NCBI GenBank assembly: GCA_025786725.1
Contig: JAHLTZ010000041.1
Coordinates: 62,001 to 126,000, forward strand
Direction: 5' to 3'
Length of the DNA: 64,000 bases
Source of the DNA: Syncephalis fuscata S228
Taxonomy: Eukaryota > Fungi > Zoopagomycota
The notes below the pieces were generated by a model. It made no database searches. It was not told the DNA's origin and saw only the letters and a program-made list of their open reading frames with translations. A program made the translations under genes and the position numbers. This document shows, piece by piece, positions 41,444 to 53,955 of this stretch; position 1 is the stretch's first letter; every line of letters begins with the position of its first letter.

Positions 41444-43326
41444 CTACAAATAGTCCTACAAATAAACGAGTACAGGATTAGTTAATACAAATAGCTTGCC
41501 AATAAAGTAACTTACTATGAAAGATGTAATAATTGACAAGATGACTGCATTCAACACTGCACCTATGACACGTGCGTGTTTATAGTCGTAAATAGTAGAA
41601 AGAATAAGCGTTTCTTTTGATTTTAAAGTAAATAGCAATGATGACGTGTATTTATATTGTTAGCCAAGATGCGAACAAAACGACAAAACTACAGTGCTTT
41701 TTAATTACCTGTGTACGCGTATTTATATTGCACGCAGTTGTAACTAGTAAGTGGTAATATGAGTTTGACAGCTTAATAGTCAGTGAAATATCAAGATGAC
41801 AGCCTCAGTATTGCTGTTAGTGGTGTAGTTGTTTAGCAAGCGTAATAACCAGGTTGATAAAGATGAATAGATGTGTAGAAGGCAAACAACACTAAAGGAA
41901 GGCAGTATAATGCCGCACAAAGAGAGAAAAAAAGGAAAGAAGCGCTAATGACAACCACCAAAGGTTGTAGTAGCAATAAGAGAATGTTATATAAAATAAC
42001 GACGATATGGAAGCCAATAGCGCGCAAAAGGAGAAGGTGACCGAGAAGAGAGGGAGAAAGAAGAGGCGGCCGAGATTCAGAAATAGACATTCATTCATTC
42101 ATTCATCCACACACACACACACACACACACACATCTACATACACACTACATACACATGCTATATAGACAGACAGACAGACAAATAGATAGATAATTAGAC
42201 AGATATCTATAGACATACTAAGCATTGATTGATACCTTATTAAGATATAAGGTATAAACTATTTAGTACAATAAATATATATTACATCTACAGTATTTAT
42301 TTAGTTATGTAGAATAAACACTAGCAGACGTATGCCTATCTACGTTTCTTGATAGCATATCTATCGGTAGAACATAGGATAGATAGCAACGGATAAACAC
42401 GTGTCCCTATCAAGGAAGCGTATACAGTATGATATCCGATTCAAGGTGACTCTACTACTTTGGCGATAGTTTGAAGTTGTAGTTGTTACTTGCCAAGCCT
42501 TGGCGGCCATTTTACTTTCGGATAAAAGTAAAAACTGTGTAAAATAGGCCATATACATTGCTATGTATTAATTGTGTAATATTAATTACAACAAGGCTAC
42601 GGAAGTGATTCTGTTGTTCTTGGTCTCGCCCCATACTGCGTACTTTGAAGGCCTATCTTATTTACTGACGTCTCTTCATCCACGTGTCTTTAGTAGTGTT
42701 AAATAGCGTGGAGCTAAGTATTATAGACCATGTGTTGTACAAGGAGGTTTCAAATTGATAGATACACGCTTATCTATTTTTACAACTAATTAATAAGCAT
42801 GTGGTATATTATAGTAACAGTAATAGAAACAGGAGTAGAATAATATTAAACTATAACAATAATAACAACACTGTCATTGTCAATGATATCAATAACAACA
42901 ATATATAGTTGCGTGTAGTAATATGTAACGGTGGTTACTGATATTGTGTGTAGTAGATCGGAGTCGGAGTTTTTATCGGCTGTTTTAAACTAGTCGACTA
43001 TACGAATTCTATAATCCACACAATATCAATAGTTATCAATTGTATCAATGCTTAATAACTGTAATAGTTTCTGGAACAAAAACAAGTGTACGTCACTGAT
43101 AATAAGTGAACACATCTGGTGTTGCATTCGAAACATTTCTTTGTTCACTTGAACGTGTTTTGTATTCCTTGTAAAGAACTCAATGGTTTGTATCACCTAT
43201 ACACTTATTCTTTTTATTGCGTTTATTCATTTCTAGTATAGTTTCTAGCTGGTTATCCATCTATTATTACTGAGATATTGCACTCTTTCAACGTACTATT
43301 CTAAACAGTTTGACATATAGTATATA

Positions 43327-45631
43327 ATGTCTAATGAACGGACGGACACCAGGACGCCGTCCCCATTGCCTACATTTGTAGATGCTAGTGAGAGTCTAGA
43401 GACTGAGACTCATCCAGAGACCACGTATGATACTTTTAGTAAGCCGTATAGTGGTAATACGAATGTTGTAGCGGGTCCAAGTCATGAATTCGTTTTAGTC
43501 AATGATGACGACGAAGACGAAGAGAATGACGATAGCCGTACCCATACTCGGTCTTCGGTGCCTTCTACGTCATTTTCATCGGCTCAAGAGCAGTTGGGTA
43601 GTAGCAATGATAGCCAAATCAATGTAGACACTTCAATCGCTGGACTAGCAGCTATTCCAACCGATAATACATCTAATGGTCCATCTAATGCACCTAATAC
43701 AGTAGACCGGTCAGAAATACCGGCGTTTATTGATAGTCAGCAACAGCGTCTATTAAATCGAGAGTTAATTAATAGAGAAGTAACGCGAGAACTGGCATAT
43801 ATTGCGTCTAATCCATCATTGCAATATTTGCGTCGTTTGCCACCTGGTGCCATTGGAACACGAGTTAGTCCATCAACGTTTGATCCGATGCCGTTGTTGC
43901 GTTACATTTATCTACGTTATGTACTAAGCTTTCCACTATTCCGAGATGCTGGCCCATCATTTTGGCCACGTGTCCAGAAATTCCTAGATCAATTGGCGAC
44001 TAATGGCATTGGCAGTAGTCGAGAGGGCAACGAGAAGCGTAAACGACAGCAAATGATGAAGCGGATGAATCGACTACTTACGCTTTTCTTCTATTCGGGT
44101 TCAAAGCTAACTGAAGCACCGCCTATTGCTTTGTTAAGCGATTCAACTTCAATTGAAGGTAGTCACAGTGCAGGGAAAGAACCGGCTGTTACACCAGCAC
44201 TAGCACCATCAGCGGATGAAGAGTCAACTGTGCCGGATACTGATCGACAATCGTTGCATTCAGTCGATCTAAATGGCGAAGGGTCATCGGCTATTCAGGG
44301 TGAAGAACCTGCTCCAACTAGCCCAACTGCTCAATCTAACCCAACAGGACCAAGAGGCGTTAATGGTATTAATCTAAATGTAGTAACTGTCTATCCTGTG
44401 CGTAAATCAGGCAAATTACGTGACAGTACGCATGCTGTAAGTTATATTACAAATAAATGTATTTATAGATTGTTAATTTAAATAATATAAATAGGAATTT
44501 GTACTATCTGTTACTTTTGATGATGGTAATCAGTTGTTTGTGGCAAGACGATTCCATGATTTACGTCGATTACATAAACAGGTGTGTTATACGACCTTTA
44601 TTGTTAATTAACTAATTTAATTTAATTTATTAAATAATAGTTACGTCGAGCAATGCCATCACTTGAATTGCCATTCCCCCCACACAAGACACAGAATAGT
44701 GCAACACATCATGAGGTTTACTATCGTGAAAAGGATCGATTATTAATGCGGGCCCATTTACGTCGACTTATTGCCATTCAACCTGTGGCTCAAGCTAAGC
44801 TTTTCCAAGCCTTTCTTACCGATCAACCCATTGAGCTACAAGGTGCTGCACTATTAGATGCAGAGTGCCGAGTAGCTCGTGAATGGCAGCTTTACGAAGA
44901 ATCAATGCAAGCACAAGAAGAGTCAGAACGCTTGGCCAAGGAATATCAAGCAGATATGGCGAACTTGCGTAAACAAGTACTATCTGATGGTACTGTAAAT
45001 GAATTAAATGGCTATAATAGTATTAATATGTTTATTTAGGTGGACTACAAGAGCTTGTAAACACGATTAAACATGTTGACCATGTGGACAATCTACCGTC
45101 CTATTGTCAAGCTACCTTTAATTATCTTTGTATCAAGTAAGTATTGTATGGGTTGCATTAGCATCATTAACAACTGGTTATTAGTTTTGCTACTTCTCTT
45201 TATACCAATTTCTATAGTTCTGATGATTCACCGGCCAAATTGGCCTCTCTTAAACGCACCAATGGTATGATTCCGTTCCGCGCCTTACGTACCGTGTTGA
45301 AAATATCGAATCCGGCACGAATGGCCAAAGGTGTAACTGATTTGTTCTTGGCCCGTCCATTTGGACAGCGCAGTGTACTGCAACGGTGAGTTGTATTAAT
45401 ATCATCTAATTATTTAACTAATTGCTATGCATATTATTAATAGCATTATTGCCACCAATATCAATGACAGTCTCCGTGAATTAGAAACAGATATTGAGAA
45501 ACTAGAGCGTGAAATTGGTGATCTGGCCATTTGCCATAAGATTGAAAAGTACATTAATCATCCAAATACACAATATACAGACGATCATGGTAGGTATTAC
45601 ATATATTAATAAGTATACATAGCGATTAACG

Positions 45632-45666
<35 letters not shown>

Positions 45667-46831
45667 TACAGATATGTCGGATGACGAACTACTTATGCGA
45701 CTATTGCATGATAACTCAATTGCTCCACAGTTGCATCAAATTCAATTGGAACGAATCTGGCCTACCAATCAGCCAAATATACAGCCAAACCGTGTATTAT
45801 TGTACAGATTGCATAAATTATTGACTCTATATCTAAAGAAGCACGATAAAGAAGCAATGCTTAATGTTCTGTTTGAAGGCAGTACAAGTGATCTACTTAA
45901 AGATATTATAGCCGTGGTATATGGACCACTAGCCGAAGTATATAAAGCGGCTAATATTGGCGATTATATCATGGACATTGCGGCATTTATCAATGATCTT
46001 ATCAGTACAGTGGAGCACATGGATGAATGGCGAATGCGTAAGTTATAATTTATACCAAATTAAACACTAAACACCAGTTAATTATATTTATTATTAGATA
46101 ATACGGGCCGTAATCCACTTGAGCCATTTAGAGCGCTAGTGGATCGATATAAGAATAATATGTACCAGTTTCTACACCGACTCTATGCACGTGATCGCCA
46201 TGGTCTATTCGACAACATACTTAACTGGGCCGAGACTGTTATGCAGTTCCTTCGATCAGGCGGCGGCGCTATTGATTTACAAGCCGTGGTGGCTGAGACA
46301 ACGGTTACTGACGAGGACCGATTAATGCTGAAGGACGATTTAGCGCATCTAGCCAATTATCGAATTGAAGTCAAAGAGCGACATCGACGCAAGCTAAAGG
46401 CCCGTCTACAAGTCAATGTCAATGACTGGACCGAAGAGGATGTACAAGACATTCTTGATCAATTAGGCGTTGGTGCAGATGCCGATGATCTTATGGCCGA
46501 TGATCTTGATGAAGAGGATGAAATGAATGCTGCTATGCTTGAATGGCAACATCATTTAGAGGAAGAAGAGCAAGAAGAACATAGGATACGTCGTCATAGC
46601 GATAATACTGAAGATGGGCAAGGACAGCAGCATTTAGCAGAGTCTATGGCTAATCGGCGTGGACATGCTATTAATGAACCGCCTATTCCTCCACCACAGT
46701 TGAACATCATACCACAGATGGTCAATCCATTTGTACGTCAGTTACGTACTCATCTTGATGAACAATTGGTTCAAGTACTGCCACGTAATATTTCAGGCTC
46801 GGAATCTCATTTATCGTATGTAGTTAAATAA
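43327..46831 (+). CDS. PX-domain protein of the Ypr097w/Lec1 type, multi-exon
   Basis: FPLFRDAGPSFWPRVQKFL, VARRFHDLRRLHKQL (PX), YREKDRLLMRAHLRRL, LFLARPFGQRSVLQR and YGPLAEVYKAANI. Confidence 0.82.
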
Positions 46832-47099
46832 TTGTCTTTCTCATTGTTTCTCTCTATTCATTCCAAGGCAGCGTGTAATAAATCCTTGTATTCCTTTAAA
46901 TATATTCAATAATGTAATAGCTGACTAAAGCTGCGAAATTAGTTGACATTTACCTTAACGGTGTAAATCATTTTATGCAATCAGTTGTAGTGATTGATTA
47001 GTTGATTTGTGTTTAAATCAGTATTCACAATAAATATTAAGGTAATGCTATTGTTCATTATCGTTTCCATAAAATAAAATATTGCGTGTAATTTAACAT

Positions 47100-47870
47100 T
47101 ATTATGCATTTTAATTTAATTTATTAGCCATTTATTATGGTTTGTGGTTAAATATCTATTTTAATAATATTCAATCTATTGAACATAATGACGGGTGGTG
47201 AATGATATTAAATATCAAAATATTCATCATTAAGATTCATTATCCAGTATGCATATATCTTCTATTCACTTATATTGCTAACAATGTACGACTATACTAT
47301 TATATATCATTTTATGCTATATTGAATACATCATATTGTTATAGGTTTTAATTACATATAGCTTGCTAAATGAATGAGATGAATAAGTTGAGATTTATTA
47401 TTAATAAAGACAGAACAAAAATAAAAGCAGTTTGGATACAGGAAGGCTAGGCGATTATATAATGATATGTAAAATAATAAATTTACAATAAGAAAGCATA
47501 AAACGCTGTTGAAATTATAATGTATATAATGTAAGGAGTAAAAGAATAAAGTTTATTGGAACATATAATGGGTATAATGTGTCTAGTATATTGTAGAATG
47601 GTATATAGTAATGTGGAATGAGATAGAAATGATATAGATGAATAGAGTATATATGTATACTGGATAGTGAATTTATAATGATTATTGATGTCACTCACCA
47701 TCCGCCATCATGTTTAATAGATTGAATGTCTAGTTCAGTTACGCGAATGTTATTAAATTTAGTCATTTAACACCAGCCACATAAATGATTAATAATCGTT
47801 TAATATTAATTGGATAATTGTAACATGAATAAGACAGCTGACTAAATAAATTGTTGATACTACTTTTAGA
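47100..47870. mobile_element. TIR-like dispersed element, copy 3
   Basis: Inverted termini CAATCTATTGAACATAATGACGGGTGGTGAATGA (~47172) and GATGTCACTCACCATCCGCCATCATGTTTAATAGATTG (~47687-47723). The internal AGAACAAAAATAAAAGCAGTTTGGATACAGGAAGGCTAGGC closely matches copy 1. Confidence 0.6.
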
Positions 47871-48631
47871 TTAACCAACGTAAAGATAAAGTGCTAACCA
47901 ACAAGCTTAAATAAATAAATATGGCTACTGATAATATCACTATTATTCATAATAATCGACCTACACATGCCATAAATAATCAGCTGACAAGTTTATACAG
48001 TCTAGTCTAGTTTGGCTATTATAAGACTGGAGCGGTGTTACTAGTAGTTTATCGTCTTTTTGCATTTACGCTTAAGCTTTTGGGTTTTTGGATCGTTTTC
48101 GTGCTTTCTTATCTTGCTTACACTGCTTTTTAATGCACGTTGTTCTTTTTTGTATTCATCACAAGACAGTATAGAAGAGATTGACGAAGCCGATGGCCAT
48201 CATCAACATATGCTTCGGCATCGATTACTTGATCGAGCCATTAACCAGGCTAGCTGTTAACACGTGTATATCTATGTTAATCATTGATACATAATAGCTG
48301 TAAATATTTGGTTAATATTTCCTGATTGTTGAATACAAATAAAGCACGAGCATAGCTATAATGAGTAATTAAATCAAATTAAATGGAACCATATTTTATT
48401 ACTACAATTTTGCATAGTTGAGTAGGAACAACCAATTGCAAGCTTGTTGATAATATGCTGATACCATTGATTAAATGGTGAATAAGCCGAAGCATTGGCT
48501 GAAACTTGATGTATAAATGGGCTAAGCGACAATTGTCGAATGATCTTGCTTTTGTCGAATATATTTCTAAAGCTTGTCGAACTAACAGCTCAATTAAATT
48601 ATCAGTGCCAATGTTTTGAAAGAATTGGTTG

Positions 48632-51075
48632 TTCTATAGTTATAAATAGATACAACACATGCCATATGATTAACACATAGTTGGTTAATATACAATGCCA
48701 CTTACAACCTATTAATACGAGTTATTAACCATGCAAGACACATGCCATGTAATTAGTGTATAGTTCAGTGGTATGTGATGTCGCTTACAATCTAGTAATA
48801 CAAGTTATCAACCATGCACGGTACATGCCACACAATTAATATATAGCCGGTAATATGCAATGCCACTTACTATCTATTAATGCAAGTCATTACATGTATA
48901 CACAATGGATGCATATAATTAGTATATATTTGGTCAGTATGCAATAATACTTACTAGCTATTAATACGAGTTGTTAAACACACACAACGCATGTTATATG
49001 ATTAGTATATATTTGATCAGTATGCAAAGGCACTTACTACCTATTAATACAAGTTATTAAACACACAAGATACATGGAACATAATTAATATATATATATT
49101 TGATACTTAATGTCACTTACCACCTATTGTTACGCATTATTAATCACACGCAATGCATTTCATATGATTAGTGTAGAGTTAATTAATATGTAATGCTACT
49201 TACCACCTATTAATACAAATTATTAACCATACACAATGTGTGTCATATAATTACTGTATAGCTAGCTAATATGCAATTTTACTTACCCACTATCAATGCA
49301 AGTTATTAGCGCACATGGTACACGATATATGGTTAGTATATTGCAAGGTAGTATGCAATGATACTTACGAGCTATTATTGCAAATTATTACATGCACATA
49401 CACATAATGGATGCCATTTGCTTAGTATATATTTAGTTAATATGCATTGATACTTACGACCTAGTAATGCGAGTTATTACATGCACACACAGTGAATGTC
49501 ATATAATTAGTGTATAGCAAGGTAATATGTAATGACGCTTACAATCTATGGGTTATCAGCCACGCACAGTACATGTCATATGATTAATATATAGTTGTTT
49601 AGTATAAAATGACACTTACTAGCTATTATTACAAATTATTACATGCGCATACAGATAATAAATGCCATCCAATTAATATATATTTAGCTAATATGCAATG
49701 ATACTTACGACCTAGTAATGCGAGTTATTACATGCACACACAGTGAATGTCATATAATTAGTGTATAGCATGGTAATATGCAATGGCACTTACAATCTAG
49801 TAATACAAGTTATTAACCACAGAAGGTACATGCCATTTAATTAATATATAGTTGGTTAATATACAATGACACTTACCAGCTATTAATACAAATTATTACA
49901 TGCACATAAAGTGAGTCTCATATGATTAATATATAGTTAAGTAATATACAATGCCACTTACGAGCTATTAATATGAGTCATTAACGCACATGGTATGCAA
50001 TACATGATTAATATATATATATATATATATATAGCTAATATGCAATGCTACTTACGAGCTATTAATACAAGTTATCAACGCACATGATACGCGGTATATG
50101 GTTAGTATATTGTTAGTTAATATACAATGTCACTTACGACCTATTAATACAGTCATTACATAGGCACACACAATGCATGTCATATGATTAGTATATATCT
50201 AGTTAATATACAATGGCACTTACGAACTATTGATACAAGTTATTGAGTACACACGGTACATGTCATATGATTAATATATAGTTGTTTAGCATAAAATGAC
50301 ACTTACTAGCTATTATTACAAATTATTACATGCGCATACAGATAATAAATGCCATCCAATTAATATATATTTAGCTAATATGCAATGATACTTACTACCT
50401 ATTAACACGAGTTATTACATGCAAATACAGTGAATGCCATATGATTAGTGTATAGCATGATAATATGCCATGGCACTTACAACCTAGTAATACAAGTTAT
50501 TAACCACAGAAGGTACATGCCATTTAATTAATATATAGTCGGTTAATATACAATGACACTTACTGACTATTAATGCAATGCATTACATGTACATACACAG
50601 TGAATGTCATATGATTAGTATATATTTAGTTAATATGTGATGTCGCTTACAAACTAGTAATATAAATTATTAACCACATAAGGTACATGCCATATAATTA
50701 ATATATAGCCGGTTAATATGCAATGCCACTTACCAGCTATTAATACAAGTCAGTATAGGCACATACACAGTGCATATCATATAATTAGTGTATAATTAGA
50801 TAATATGCAATGCCACTTACGAGCTATTGATATGAGTTGTTAAGCACATACGATCATTAGCGTGTAAGTAATGCATGGTTAATCAATATATAAAAGCACT
50901 TACGATCTAATAATAGTAATTTAATAATACAAACAGTATCCAATTAGCCAAGTATGTAATTATTGTAGTTGCAACATACCACGACGGGTTAAAGTTGGAC
51001 GGTCAGCATCCGCCACGGCTGTAGTGGCCATAAGAGCCATGACAATAGTGCAAATGCGGCAATAGAAAGCTTCAT
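48632..51075 (-). CDS. Micro-exon gene for a secreted Cys/Pro-rich peptide: leader exon, 27 three-nucleotide exons and a terminal exon
   Basis: Exon 1 is 51075-50980 (donor GTATGT). The 3-nt exons, each TAG|NNN|GTAAG(T/C), by lowest coordinate: 50904 ATC, 50821 CTC, 50734 CTG, 50651 TTT, 50564 TCA, 50481 GTT, 50396 GTA, 50307 CTA, 50224 TTC, 50138 GTC, 50056 CTC, 49962 CTC, 49877 CTG, 49794 ATT, 49709 GTC, 49620 CTA, 49543 ATT, 49458 GTC, 49369 CTC, 49287 TGG, 49204 GTG, 49121 GTG, 49038 GTA, 48955 CTA, 48871 ATA, 48789 ATT, 48706 GTT. The last exon starts at 48633 (T|AA stop). Product: MKLSIAAxCTIVMALMATTAVADADRPTLTRR-DPPVFSCTIRPPPDCPNCPLGGGTNNC*, which needs +1 nt near 51053; an in-frame ATG at 51040 needs no correction. 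Confidence 0.85.
48634..50979 (-). repeat. Tandem array of ~77-94-bp units, each an intron plus a 3-nt exon
   Basis: The plus-strand unit core ...AATATGCAATGNCACTTAC-NNN-CTATTAATACAAGTTATTA... recurs 27 times. Confidence 0.95.
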
Positions 51076-52959
51076 GTTGATATTGAATTGTTAAAGCAAA
51101 CAAGTAAAGTAGACGATAAAGTGTAGTAGTATGAAGTAGATGGTAGTGAGTATTTGGTGGAAACTGGAGTGCGATGCTGATACAGCTAGTTAGATGTGTA
51201 TATTCGTGGGCTATTTAAGTCTATGATTATCCTAAGACATCAGTATGCTATATTTCATGGACTATACCATTGATGTACAGTGTGAACCAATAACAGCACA
51301 TCCACATGGTAGCTTGAAGCACGATTATACTGGTATATTGGTGGTATGCCAGTGTACAGTAAGGTTCTTACTTTAGCCTGTTTGGCATTTACACGAATGA
51401 TGTGGCAATATTGACATAATCTATAAGTTTTAAAGAAACAACTGAGATGTATTCATGTGTTTCTGCTATTATTTTTGCCAGCAATTTTAATATCTAATAA
51501 GCATATACATCCCAAACGACGTAGAAAATCAATACAGCAACAACGTTATTGTATTAGACCTTTGGTTATTTACAGGTACTTACTGTGGTGCATAAACTGG
51601 TTATATTCTTTGAGCTATGAAAGCATATTGATTGGTTCACATATGCGTTTAACATTGCAGCTTGACTACAGAAATGAAAGGTTTATTTTTAGCAAAACAC
51701 TACCAAATACTAATGCAGGTTCTACTATTGATCAGGAATTATTTTTATTGCTTACTGCCTGTTAATCATATGCATTTTTGATAATGAATCATTGCTTTTT
51801 ATTACCAGTATCGTTTATTTCTCAACACCAAAGCAACGTAAACTGACCAAATGACATGTAGCTCTATATAAAGACATTGGGCTATGTCTATCAGGCTGCC
51901 TCAATCAGATACAATCAATGCTGAGTGTACAGCAGCAGTTCATGGCATGTCAATCAGTACTCTCCTGTTGTGTAGATGATTCATACAGTAATGACTTGAT
52001 TAAAATAACAGGTTTGCAATTTGAAGTCTGCGTTATGTGTTACACACCCAGGTCATGTTTTTACGGCCCCAATTTAATAAAAATAATAATTGAGCAGATT
52101 ATAGCTATTTCAGCATACTATTACTAGTCGTACCACTTTCCAGTCACTTTTCTGCTATAGCTATGTATATTAAATATATTTGCTGAGTAACATGGAAATA
52201 AGCAATATTCAATAAAATTCAGTTGTTTATTCACTGTCATATTGTATACAACCATATTTACGATTAAAAACTTATAAAAAGTATTTATAATAAATAGCTG
52301 ATCATTATACTTACTGCTTGTTATTGGTACAGCATGTATGCCTATTGCTCTGTATGTGTCTGCTTATAATTGTCTATTTGCTATTACAATGTATCTCATA
52401 TATATTACTTGCTAATGTAACTTTAGTAGAATAACTTTTATTAATAAACATTGGCCCGATATATAGTATTATAATATATAGCCTATTCTCTACTTGCTTT
52501 AAATATTTTTACCCATTATTTATTTTAAACAATTAAAAACATCGTTCAAACTAAATAGATTGTTTGTATAAATTAAATCAAACGGCAAAATAACTATACA
52601 TTTGAATGATAATTAGCTATGTGAATGCAGTACTGTTAGCCATCGTCATATATTTATCATACTGTATACATTTATTTTTGATTGTAAATATCATTATATT
52701 ATTAAATTTGCACGGTATTGCGTTATTACTATTTGCACTGCCTTTATTCATTGTTTATTTCATTACTATACCAATCTGTTTTCTTTTGAGCTTGACATTT
52801 CTATTAATGCTACATTGTTTAACTTGGATACCACAAAGTCATAGCTAACTGCCATTAATAACCAACCCAATAAATACTTTTAATAAAGCAAAAGTTTACA
52901 TATGCTTGTAATATTTGCTCTACCAATATAACTCAATGTTAAATGCGATGACCAAATTT

Positions 52960-53345
52960 TGTAGTAATAGAGCCAGAACCAAACAGACAACATACTAGGC
53001 GGCAAAAAATCAATATTTAATGGAATAATATACATTATAATGAATATACAATGCAAAGTGACGATCAACAATGTTAAGGGTATAGTGTATATAACGCAAT
53101 TAGTGGACTGAGTAAAGTGTATTGCCGCATATATTAAATAAAATGTTCTCGATATGACATAGAATAATATATGATAGTATGTGACAAAATGGTAATAATG
53201 TAAATAAATGGTGGATATATGTATACTGGATAACGAATCTATGCTGATGACTATTTTATGACTGATGTCACTCACTGCCCATCATCATGTTCAATAGATT
53301 GGGCGTTATTAAATATTAGTCATTTGACCACCAAAAAACAATAAG
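52960..53345. mobile_element. TIR-like dispersed element, partial copy 4
   Basis: Shares ATAACGCAAT.AGTGGACTGAGTAAAGT.TATTG and the terminus GATGTCACTCACTGCCCATCATCATGTTCAATAGATTG with copies 1 and 3. Confidence 0.55.
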
Positions 53346-53955
53346 TATGATGATGTGATGATTAAATAAAAGAGATAATATATACAACATGATAATACAA
53401 GTCATAAATTGAATGGCATTGTATATAGAAAGGCTATGAACAAATTGAAATACAGATGAGTGAATTGTTCAAGTGATAGAATAAAAGAAAGAATAGAAAT
53501 TAATAACATAAAATCAATCATATTCATATAACAATGTCACTGGTAAAATAAGAAGGATGGATATCAATGCATAAACAAATGTCATTATCATAGAGCATGA
53601 TATTATAACTAACACCTAAATTGTTAAGCGTTATATTCAATATATAAACAATAGTGTTTATTGAATGTTAAATAAAATATTTGTAAATATATTTATTTTA
53701 AACTGCTTCTTTGTAAACAGAACCAACTATGATGGCACAGCCCACTATATTACTCTAGCAGCCATGTAAGTTGTGTATCTTTAGCATTTTTAATAAAACT
53801 GAACACCTTATTAAGAATATAAAAAGAAATACTGTTTATATAACTGTTAAAGTGAAGTTTAAATCCTATATCTTTTATTTTTAAAAAGGTAAGAACACAA
53901 ATAGCTATCTTTTTTTCTTTCCTCGCGGTTTCACTTCTATACACCACGTAACATC

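Noticed and set aside
48040-48260. Short ORFs on either strand downstream of the micro-exon gene
   Set aside because: The plus-strand ORF starts at a non-ATG codon. The Lys-rich minus frame is interrupted by TGA-TGA. No recognisable motif.
48634-50979. CRISPR array or plain minisatellite
   Set aside because: The context is eukaryotic, with no cas genes and no unique spacers. The invariant positions are precisely splice donor and acceptor signals flanking 3 nt.
48416-51075. Alternative phase-0 reading of the micro-exons (ILLFSVVLFVLLLIVLIVLWVVVLIIV, an all-hydrophobic TM-like stretch, followed by an open frame in the last exon)
   Set aside because: That frame has a TAA in exon 1 before the donor, and its hydrophobicity follows trivially from the middle T. 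Phase 1 gives the RR site, four Cys and an exact junction stop. Not fully excluded without cDNA and the corrected exon 1 sequence.
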